Below, in pieces: positions 37,776-46,500 of a stretch of 64,000 nucleotides of DNA. The position numbers and the translations under genes are program-made. The stretch comes from a virus. Taxonomy: Duplodnaviria > Caudoviricetes. The notes under the pieces were generated by a model. The model was not told the DNA's origin. It saw only the letters and a program-made list of their open reading frames with translations, and searched no databases. Numbering within the stretch: the stretch's first letter is position 1; each line of letters begins with the position of its first letter. The stretch lies in the IMG/VR virus record IMGVR_UViG_3300005201_000042, positions 1 through 64,000 of that record; one strand, written 5' to 3'.

Positions 37776-38831
37776 ATGGGACAATGGATTTTCGGTAAGG
37801 CATCCCCTGTTTCTTTGTCTGATAAAGGCAAGCAGTTATTAAAATCTTCAGGTTGTATTGTAAGTGATTATGTTGGTGAGTCTGGTTCTTCCAGCAATGG
37901 TCTTCTCTGTACCTTTAAATCTGTTCCTATTGCCTTCTACGACGTTCCTACGCTCAATCAGATGGTATTTAGCCGTAAGCTCTGGGAATGTCTGTTAGAG
38001 AACCAATATCTCAAACAATCAATGGAGAACGGTTCACACTATGGAGAGGCTAAACACGCCGACCGTGATGAGGTTTATCTTGATGAAATAGCTTGCAGGG
38101 TGAACAAGTTCTGGTTCGGTGATAACAATATTCTTTTGGGTGATGTAGACATTCCAGACACTCCTAAAGGACGAATTGTTCATTCCCTTGCTAAAATCAG
38201 CAGGGTTGGTATATCTTCCAGGGGTTTTGGCGAGTTAAGGAACAGGGACGATGGTTTAAAGGACGTTATTCCTGACCAGTATATGCACGTCTGCTGGGAC
38301 ATGGTTGCTTTCCCTGCTGTGCCTGACGCTCACATGACTTTAATTACTGGGGATTCACCTTATGACGAGACAATCAATATGTCCACGGAGCTTCGTAACT
38401 TGATAAGGGAGGCTTATCAAAGGAATCCTAAAGACAAGGCTTTACAAAAGTTGGTTTCCACTGCAAAGATACCCACTGGTAAGAAGTACGATTTTTCACT
38501 TAAAAATGATCTAGACAGAGCAATAATCTCTCATGAGTTAAAGAGGAGAAATAGTTATCCACCCTTGCATTCTAGAGGCATAAGTCGTATAATGAGTTCT
38601 AGAAGAACAATTTCTGCAGCAGTGGCTTATATTTCACAGGCAGTAGGTTCTTTTTATACTGGGGCTTCTTGGAGATTGTCTGTTGAAAATCTACCTGAGG
38701 CTACTTTGGATAATAAGGGTTCTGTTCAGTCTCTTAGTATTTACTATAAGGTAACTAATAAAGAGAGTAGAAAAACTTTTAATATCCGTGCAGTGGTTTC
38801 TTCAAATGGTTTTCAGTTAAGGAGGGGTTAG
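37776..38831 (+). CDS. prohead core protease (T4 gp21-like) with C-terminal extension
   Basis: NQMVFSRKLW, YGEAKH, VGISSRGFG, WDMVAFPA. Confidence 0.88.
   Translation: MGQWIFGKASPVSLSDKGKQLLKSSGCIVSDYVGESGSSSNGLLCTFKSVPIAFYDVPTLNQMVFSRKLWECLLENQYLKQSMENGSHYGEAKHADRDEVYLDEIACRVNKFWFGDNNILLGDVDIPDTPKGRIVHSLAKISRVGISSRGFGELRNRDDGLKDVIPDQYMHVCWDMVAFPAVPDAHMTLITGDSPYDETINMSTELRNLIREAYQRNPKDKALQKLVSTAKIPTGKKYDFSLKNDLDRAIISHELKRRNSYPPLHSRGISRIMSSRRTISAAVAYISQAVGSFYTGASWRLSVENLPEATLDNKGSVQSLSIYYKVTNKESRKTFNIRAVVSSNGFQLRRG
38555..38593 (+). promoter_or_regulatory. early promoter embedded in CDS
   Basis: TTATCCACCC-TTGCAT-N17-TATAAT. Confidence 0.75.
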
Positions 38832-38833
38832 TT

Positions 38834-39022
38834 ATGGCTCAAGTTGTTAAGATTACTAAGGAGAATGAGAACAAGTACTTTTTTGACTTTAATGAGAAAG
38901 CTATCTTAAGTGGTATGGAATCCGCTATTCCCCAGTTAGAGTCTTGGGGGGTGATTCCTAAACAATCTCCAAGAAGTAAAGAGAAAATTGCATCTACATT
39001 AAAAATTCTTAGTGGTAAATAA
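38834..39022 (+). CDS. hypothetical protein
   Basis: RBS AAGGAGG. Confidence 0.55.
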   Translation: MAQVVKITKENENKYFFDFNEKAILSGMESAIPQLESWGVIPKQSPRSKEKIASTLKILSGK

Positions 39023-39055
39023 TATTGTTTTAGTTATTTCTAAAGGGGGTCAGAG

Positions 39056-39284
39056 ATGGCAGAACGGATAATAATCAAAACTCCAGACCGTGTTATAACG
39101 GGAGATGAAGCCTTAAATTACCCTCTCTATAAATTGGGATTTTAAAGCTCAGTTGGAAGCCAGTCTTCCTCAACTAGATGCTTTACTTCGTTCTCATGGT
39201 GTTTCCGATCAGGTTCCTTCTAAAGACAAAGTAGCTGCTTCTCTGGATAAGTATAACAAACAGCATAATATTGTTGCTTCTTAA
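39056..39284 (+). pseudogene. frameshifted tandem paralog of 38834-39022
   Basis: frame 0 stops at 39145; the +1 frame gives LEASLPQLDA..SKDKVAASL, like MESAIPQLES..SKEKIASTL. Confidence 0.55.
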
Positions 39285-39290
39285 TAACTA

Positions 39291-39611
39291 ATGACCTTCT
39301 ACCACAGAATTAGTGAGGAGCGATGGAAACAGATACAAGAAGACGGTGAGTTGTTTGGCATTTCCTGTGGTTTGGACGGCTGGGATAAGGTAAATAAAGA
39401 CAGGGTTAACCGAATGCGTTACACTTATCTTTCTCCTGATGACTGGGGAGAAAGTTATGGTACGGTTCTGTTAGTTGTTGAGTACGAGCCTAAGCGAGAG
39501 GACTTTGGTAAGAAACATAACTACGGTTTTGATCCACCCCCAGGTCAACATTGTATTCAATTTTCTGTGTTTGAGCCTATTCCTTTATCTCAAGTAAAAA
39601 GAGTAAACTAG
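39291..39611 (+). CDS. hypothetical phage protein
   Basis: 106-aa ORF. Confidence 0.55.
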   Translation: MTFYHRISEERWKQIQEDGELFGISCGLDGWDKVNKDRVNRMRYTYLSPDDWGESYGTVLLVVEYEPKREDFGKKHNYGFDPPPGQHCIQFSVFEPIPLSQVKRVN

Positions 39612-39727
39612 TTTTATTTTCCCTATAATTCAAAAATTAAATATATTTTCTATTTTCTCTCCTCGATGATCTGTGTAAATAACTCTTGATATATTTCTGA
39701 AAAATCCTCGATTTTAATTTTCTTGTT

Positions 39728-39735
39728 TCTATATA
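39728..39735 (+). promoter_or_regulatory. late promoter variant TCTATATA
   Basis: upstream of major capsid gene. Confidence 0.45.
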
Positions 39736-39777
39736 AAAACATCCTAACAAGGAAATTTATTTAACGAGGTTAAACAA

Positions 39778-41244
39778 ATGATTGAATCAATGGATGAACA
39801 GGGTGTACGTTCTGCTCTGGCTAGTCGGTTTCAGAATGTAGCTGCTTCGGCAGGTGGGGGTAAACCCAGCATATATCAAGATCTAATTGCAAGTTCTGCC
39901 GCAGCTTACCAGAGGAAGTGGAAAAAAGAACTTCCCCAGTCTGTTAAAGCGGTTCTAATGCAGTCTCTTGATAAGATGACCCAGATATTCCAGAACCGTG
40001 ATCGGGTTTCGAGAGAAACAATCATGTCTGCGGTGTCAGATATAGCTAAAGTAGACAATCCTATTACTCTGGCTTACAACCTGATGTCAATTCTTATTCC
40101 TAACTTTGCTTACACTGAGGTTATCGGAATTCAGCCCATTCCTACAAAGGAATCTCCTGTTTTCTATCCGAGGATTGTGGCGAATGAGAATAGGAATAAT
40201 GTGACAAAAGGCTCTGTTCTGCTTGGGTCAACAAACTGGACAGCAAGTAACTCGTTCACAACTAACCAGGTAGCTTCTCCTGTGACTGTTGGTAATACTA
40301 CGGCTCTTTCTTTTACTGCACCTGAAGGTAATATTACGCCGGGTAGCCTTGCGATTACATTGAAGCTTGTAGGCTTGGGTACTTACGTGGTGTTTGATGA
40401 TGGTAAAGGGGTTTTAGTTCCTATTTCTGGTGTCACTGCCTCTACGGCTGGTACAGTAAACTACGCTACTGGTGGGGTTTCTTTAACCTTAGCCGCAGCG
40501 GCTCCAGCTAACTCATCGGCATCCGCTCGCTATCGTTATGAGTTTGCAGATACTACAAAACCTGCACAGGCTAAGCTTGAATGGGTAACTGAGAAAGTAC
40601 GTGCAGAACCCTACAGAATTCGCACAATTTACGAACTTGATGATTTCTTCCAGGTCAAGCAAGTTCTGAGCAACTACGATATTGACTCGGTTCTTTCAAG
40701 TTCGGTGGCAGGTTATATAAACAAAGAAATCAGCGGGAATGTCTTTGATGACATTCTTCTGAAGACTGATGCTGACTTTGCGTGGAATTCGTCTAATCCG
40801 AGTGGTGTTGCTTGGGCGTTGCACAGGTTGTCTTTAATGCAGACATTTGTAAGGGCTGGCAATGGTATTCGTCAGAACATTGCACGTGCTGGAGGTAATA
40901 TTGCCATCTGCGGTAATGAGTGGATGAACTTCATTGAGACTTTGGGTGACGATCTTTGGAAACCAGAGAAGTTTACTGAAGAACCAATAGGGCCTTACGT
41001 TGCAGGTACTTTGGCTGGTAAATTCAAGATTCTTAAGAATCAGGATTACCCTGATACCAAAGCGGCAATGGTGTACAAAAGGGATGACGTGGATGCTTCA
41101 ATTGTTGGTGGTGTGTTCATCGGTTTGTATGCTACTAACCCAGTGGCAATGGACGACCTTAAGGTTATTCAGGGCATGGGCACTCAGTTTGGGTGGCTCA
41201 AGACCTTTGATAACTCAATAGTGTCTCTTACGTTACAGCAGTAG
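39778..41244 (+). CDS. major capsid protein (T4 gp23-like)
   Basis: IPNFAYTEVIGIQPIPTKESPVFY, INKEI, GTLAGKFKILKNQDY; between protease and terminator. Confidence 0.88.
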   Translation: MIESMDEQGVRSALASRFQNVAASAGGGKPSIYQDLIASSAAAYQRKWKKELPQSVKAVLMQSLDKMTQIFQNRDRVSRETIMSAVSDIAKVDNPITLAYNLMSILIPNFAYTEVIGIQPIPTKESPVFYPRIVANENRNNVTKGSVLLGSTNWTASNSFTTNQVASPVTVGNTTALSFTAPEGNITPGSLAITLKLVGLGTYVVFDDGKGVLVPISGVTASTAGTVNYATGGVSLTLAAAAPANSSASARYRYEFADTTKPAQAKLEWVTEKVRAEPYRIRTIYELDDFFQVKQVLSNYDIDSVLSSSVAGYINKEISGNVFDDILLKTDADFAWNSSNPSGVAWALHRLSLMQTFVRAGNGIRQNIARAGGNIAICGNEWMNFIETLGDDLWKPEKFTEEPIGPYVAGTLAGKFKILKNQDYPDTKAAMVYKRDDVDASIVGGVFIGLYATNPVAMDDLKVIQGMGTQFGWLKTFDNSIVSLTLQQ

Positions 41245-41254
41245 TTAGAATTGT

Positions 41255-41285
41255 GTCTGCCCTAGCCTTCTAGGGCAGACTTCTT
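41255..41285 (+). terminator. terminator after capsid gene
   Basis: GTCTGCCCTAG/CTAGGGCAGAC stem followed by TTCTT. Confidence 0.8.
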
Positions 41286-41343
41286 ATAAATGTTATACCT
41301 TTGTGGGTATGTGGATTGAAATAACTAAATCAAGGAGAGGAAA

Positions 41344-41826
41344 ATGTCAGATAAGAGTAAGAAAGAGTCAGGTGCGGAGCCTGAGTCTCTTTTGGTTATG
41401 CCAGTTAGTGGTAAGTACTGTGAGATAATATCAGGTTCGGAGTCTTTTAAGATATGGAAGGTTCATCCGAATACTCCTGATTCTATTGGAACAAAGATTC
41501 CTTATGATGTTGGTGTTGAGTTTCTAAGTAAGACACCACCTGTTATCACTGTAGTTCCTGTGGTTAAAGATGGGAAGTTTGTTTCCCAGCTTTTAGAGGA
41601 AGACCAGGCAAAGATTCAAGAAGCTTTAGCTAGAGGTTTCTCTGGCGGTAGGAATTATAACGAGGATACCACTAAAGGTGTTGCTGTTACTGATCCGAAG
41701 GCTTTAGAGAAAACTGCTAAGCTACTTCAGGAACAGACTGTGAAAAACAAGGTTTTAGAAGACCAGCTTGCTGACCTTACTTCAAGGTTGGTTAATTTAG
41801 AGAAGTCAGGAGCTTCTGGCAAATAG
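41344..41826 (+). CDS. hypothetical virion-associated protein
   Basis: RBS AAGGAGAGG; coiled-coil tail. Confidence 0.5.
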   Translation: MSDKSKKESGAEPESLLVMPVSGKYCEIISGSESFKIWKVHPNTPDSIGTKIPYDVGVEFLSKTPPVITVVPVVKDGKFVSQLLEEDQAKIQEALARGFSGGRNYNEDTTKGVAVTDPKALEKTAKLLQEQTVKNKVLEDQLADLTSRLVNLEKSGASGK

Positions 41827-41829
41827 CTT

Positions 41830-42549
41830 ATGGTTTCTATTCGAACACGTAAGAAGTCCGAGTTAACGGCTTATTTAGAGAGACGTACTTCAAAGATGCC
41901 TATCGTGTTGGATCAAGATGACTTTCATTTACAAATAGAGCGAGGAGTTAGTTTGCTTAATGATGAGCTTTTTAACCCTCGCTCTGTTTTATTAACCAAT
42001 GCCAAGAATGGTTTACTGGATGTCACTGCTTTTAATATTGATGAAATATGTACAGTTTATTATTCACAAGACACTGTAAGTAATCTGCTGGCTGGCATGG
42101 ATTTGGGTGTTGGTTTCCTTCCACTCATTGAATCTCAAACAATGCCTATTTCTTCTCTTGAGTCTACGATTGATTTATTGGTTTTGAAGAGTGTAATAAA
42201 CATGGTTCAAAGAAAAATGTTTAACTCCACTGATTATGTTTTACTTCCTATAGATTCAAATGGTCATCAGTATTTAGAGGTTAGGAATCCAGGTAATTTA
42301 TTCTGGGTTGAGTACCTGCCTTATATAAATCCCAACGACAATGAGTGGGCTTTATACGAGAATGAGTATCTATTCCTTTCTGAGTTGTGCTATGCATATA
42401 TTTGTCATGCTAACGTTGAGGCTCAGGCTCAGGCTTCTATTCTTGGTGTTGGTAAAGAGGCTGTTAATTTAGTTCAGTACTGGGATCAGAAGATAGAAAA
42501 AATAATAAAAAATTTTCAAGACGGTTCTATCATAAATTACATGGGTTAA
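41830..42549 (+). CDS. putative neck/head completion protein
   Basis: position after capsid; size resembles gp13-type adaptors. Confidence 0.45.
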   Translation: MVSIRTRKKSELTAYLERRTSKMPIVLDQDDFHLQIERGVSLLNDELFNPRSVLLTNAKNGLLDVTAFNIDEICTVYYSQDTVSNLLAGMDLGVGFLPLIESQTMPISSLESTIDLLVLKSVINMVQRKMFNSTDYVLLPIDSNGHQYLEVRNPGNLFWVEYLPYINPNDNEWALYENEYLFLSELCYAYICHANVEAQAQASILGVGKEAVNLVQYWDQKIEKIIKNFQDGSIINYMG

Positions 42550-42826
42550 TTGTATTGGAGGTTACTATGGATGCAAAACAAGTTACAGATTTAGGTGTAT
42601 TTAAAAGTCACTCCTCTAAGAGTCTTTTTTCTTCTAAATATGACACTGCAATAAAGAAGTTTTCCAGACAAAAAAAGGGTAAACGAACTATGTAGTTACG
42701 ACATAGCTGTGTGACTGTCTAATAAATTTCCTGAGTTATCTGTGAGTGAGGCGATGGCTAAGTTGAAGCAACTTCGTGCTGATTTGCCTGTTAATCATGG
42801 ATATAACGGCTTATTTATGTAGTGTT

Positions 42827-42864
42827 TTATACACACTTGTTATATAAATTCCTTCTGTTAAGGT
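42827..42864 (+). promoter_or_regulatory. early promoter family copy
   Basis: TTATACACAC-TTGTTA-N16-TAAGGT. Confidence 0.7.
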
Positions 42865-42893
42865 AGTAATATCTTGATTAAAGGAGTAGGAAA

Positions 42894-43085
42894 ATGAAAA
42901 AAGAAAAAGATGAGCAATTGAAAGAAGCTATTATTGACAATCTGCTTTACATTGTGGCTCAAGCTCTTAAGCAAGTAGATCGGTTGAGATCTGGGGATTT
43001 AGACGGAACTCTTTTGAACGACGTTAGGTCATCAAGAGAAAGCATTGAAAAATTGGCTTATGTAAGAGCCAGAGAGCTTATCTGA
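42894..43085 (+). CDS. hypothetical protein
   Basis: RBS AAGGAG. Confidence 0.55.
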   Translation: MKKEKDEQLKEAIIDNLLYIVAQALKQVDRLRSGDLDGTLLNDVRSSRESIEKLAYVRARELI

Positions 43086-43119
43086 AAAATGTTTAAATCT
43101 TAATTAAAGGAGGGATGAA

Positions 43120-43299
43120 ATGAGTACAAATGGGTTTTCCGAAAAAGAATTCTTAGAGGGTAAGGTTTTACGTTATCTTATATTTCTTAAAGATGACCTG
43201 ATGGAGAGAGGTTACACGGAAGAAGGTGCTGAGAAAGCTATTGCAGGTGCTTTACCTTACTGTATATTCCAACATGCACAATTAAACAAAATAGGTTAG
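43120..43299 (+). CDS. free-standing GYS-module protein (59 aa, not in ORF track)
   Basis: LMERGYTEEGAE; RBS AAGGAGG. Confidence 0.55.
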   Translation: MSTNGFSEKEFLEGKVLRYLIFLKDDLMERGYTEEGAEKAIAGALPYCIFQHAQLNKIG

Positions 43300-43302
43300 C
43301 TT

Positions 43303-43470
43303 ATGAAAAGTAAGTACTCTGTTGAGAAGAGAACCGCTGACGAACGCTTTACTCTTACAATTCCAGGTTTGGACTATGCTGTTGGGGATGTTTACTTTGT
43401 TTTAAAAGAGCATGAGCAAGTTGTCGCTTGGGCACATACAGAGGATGGTGCTTGGGCTTGTAGACTCTAA
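43303..43470 (+). CDS. hypothetical protein (55 aa, not in ORF track)
   Basis: ORF ends just before the terminator. Confidence 0.45.
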   Translation: MKSKYSVEKRTADERFTLTIPGLDYAVGDVYFVLKEHEQVVAWAHTEDGAWACRL

Positions 43471-43476
43471 CTTAAC

Positions 43477-43508
43477 GCCATCCTTCGGGATGGCTTTCGT
43501 TTTATATA
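43477..43508 (+). terminator. terminator fused to late promoter, copy 1
   Basis: GCCATCC-TTCG-GGATGGC-TTT then TTTATATA (43501-43508). Confidence 0.85.
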
Positions 43509-43513
43509 CTAAT

Positions 43514-46500
43514 ATGAATAATTTTGTCTCTGTGTCTTCAAAGCCTTTAGTTATACGAATATCATCCTCTGCTAATCCAGGCTATATTTCAAAAGCTGTA
43601 ACTACTGTTAAGAGGTTTCTAGACAACGTTGGTGCTTGGTATAAGTATCACAGAAGCAATAAATCGAATAGTGAGTATTTTCTGGTTGAACGTCCGAATG
43701 ACAGGATGTCTCCGGAGGTTGACGTTCGTGTTTCAGATCACAATCTCCCACACGTATATGATCAACCAGACCTAGATATTGACCCCAGTTCTCCAGGTCG
43801 TATTGGTTCTTACTCTGTTCCAGAGGCTCTAGACTTGCTTGAGGGCTTCTTTGACGGGGAATACGTAAATATAGTTGAGGGTGAGCCTATTGTGTCTTCT
43901 AAAACTTATACACCCTTGTATTATGGCAATCGCAAGGGTATTATAAAGAGTAGTAGACGGGAGGCAACGCTTGAACGGTTTAACAAGATTGAGCAAACTC
44001 AACCAGATGTATGGCGTATATTACATACAAAGGCATCCGATCCTAGTATGCAGGGTTATAATACCCTTTTGGGTGTGGGTTCTTGGGACTATCACCAAGA
44101 TTCAACTTTAGCTGGTTTGATTAGGGATTCTTGGAAAAAAGGTTATACTACTTTCTTCTTGGAAGACAACGAGGTTGTTCATGGTTTTTTAGCTTTTATG
44201 GTTAGTGGTGATACAATTTATAATGTTAAGACTTTTTCAGTGGTTAGGGACGTTAAAAACGGAGAGGATTTAAAGAGGTTTGTGAGGGATTACGTGCCAA
44301 ACTATAATTTAGTTTGGGAGGCACGTGAGGACAACAAAGCATGTAAGCGTTACGAGGATATAACGAGGTTGTATGGTGGTACTGTTACACCGAGTACAGA
44401 AAATCCTAACCATCTCATTTTTAAGATTAGAAAGGGGTCTGTGCCGAATTCCACACGGGTTTCTTTACATTCTCATAGCAGGTTGGAGCAAAGCTATAAA
44501 AATAGGTTTTCCTCATCCTCACCCACGGTTTGCAGTGAGTTCGGAGCTTCTTTTAAGCAGTTTTCACTGGAGAATAGTTCTTCTGCAATCAAGAATAGAC
44601 GATTTACAAGAAACATTAAAATCTTAAGTACTTTTAACGAACAAGCCTATTCAGATTGGTTTTTAGAAGAATCCTCTAGGTTTCTTGGTAAATCTGAGGA
44701 TGAAGTTCTTTCTCTCCCAAATTACAAAGATAAGCTAGACACTTTTTTGGATGAGGCACGTGAATGGCATTCTATGTCTCAAGAGGAAAGGGAAAGGTGG
44801 TATTTGTCAGGTGCTGGTAGAACTATTTGTACGTCTTCTGTTGTGCGTTTTTTATGGGCGGATAAGTCTTATCCATCCTTGTATTCTAAACTTTCTCAAG
44901 GTAATATTAACAAGTCTATGGGTCGTAAGTTTATTTTTAATTCCAAAGAGATGCTCTCAGGCGGTGTTTGGATAAGCCCTTCTGGAGATATGTTTGGTGT
45001 TCCTTTGACTCATATAAAAGCTGTAATAGAAGACCCTGCTAAGTTTGGTTTATCTGTTGAACAGTTAAAGGCTATTTACAATAAGCATAACGAGGGTATT
45101 GGATCAGAGGGGGACGCAAGAGACGAGGTTATTTCTTTGCTCATTTTTAATGGCTGGGTAAGAATTAGGTTTTACCCAGGCGAGTATTTTCATGTAGAGT
45201 TAAATAAATTAAGTCAAAAATATAAAAATGTTTTATTCTCTTGGGCTTCTAAAGTGATCAGTAAGTCTCCAGAGAAGAAAGCTCTTTCTGTCATTATTTG
45301 CGAGAGACTAGGAAATTTTGAATATTCTTTTAAATTAGAAGATTTGCAGGTTTCTTTTGTTTCTTCTGGTAAAACTGGAGATTTAGCTTATTGGATAAGT
45401 CCTTCGGGAGAGCTTATAAGTACGCATGGTAGTCATACAAGTACAGTAGTGGAAACTCCTGAGGTTTTTGGTTTTACAGAGGAAGAAGTTAATACTTTAT
45501 TTTCGGTCGGTGAGGAGGAAGCTGTTCTTAAGTGTTTAATAGGTAACGGTTGGATAAGGCTTCGTTATCAGGCTGGTTGTTATTTTGTCTCTGTGTTGTC
45601 TTTGTCTCCAGAGACCCAGCAAAGGTTGCAGAACTGGGCTTTGCATGAGGGGAACGAAGATAAGGATACTACAGTTATTATTGAGATGTTGGTTTCATTT
45701 AACGTTATAAAGGTTACTTTACGAGATGTTTCTAGAGGTGTTTTTTCACATGATGCTTCCCTGCCTATCCATTCATCGGTTGATTATGATGAGTGGAGTC
45801 TTATTCCTAGTAGTCTTAGAACAATAGGAAACGCACAACTAATCGAGTCTGCTACTATTCAAGACCTATTAGACGAGAACGATAAGAACCCAGAGTTTAC
45901 TCACAGGGCAGAGCATTTAGACGCTACGAAGGCTCAGGGTGATTCAGAAATTACTCGCTGTTACGCTTCCACAGTCGAGTTAAGAACCAAGTCTGAGCAT
46001 TTTAAGGAGAATAATACCTATTATCGGCAATGGGTACTTTTTAAGGATTTTGTTTCAATAGCACGGGACAAGAAGATCAAACTTGAGGACGCTGTGGATT
46101 ATGCTATTAACTTTTGTGATATAACTATTAGATGTTCCTGCCCTGATTTTTTGTATAGAGGGTACTCTTACATGGGTGATCAGCTTGGTTATCTTTATGG
46201 TCTCCCAAGAGAGAAGCGGTTTCCTAAAAGAAATAACCCCAATCTTAAGCTTGCGGTTTGTAAGCACTCGGATATAGCATTAGAACATCTCCTTAAAAAT
46301 AAAGAGAAACTTATAAAAATGTTTGGTGTATATTACAAGAGGATAAAAGAGACTCCACCTGACACTATGATTGCTGTCCCTGCTAAAGCCGCAGAGGAAA
46401 AGAAAGAGGAGTCTATTGAGGACTTCTTAGCTGGTTTTGACGAGGATGGAAATAAAATATCAGAAGAAAAAGCAGACCTTAAAGAAGATGACGGTGTTGA

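Noticed and set aside
43412-43513. ORF-track N-terminal extension of the 1237-aa protein
   Set aside because: It overlaps a separate small gene, a terminator and a late promoter; ATG 43514 is preferred
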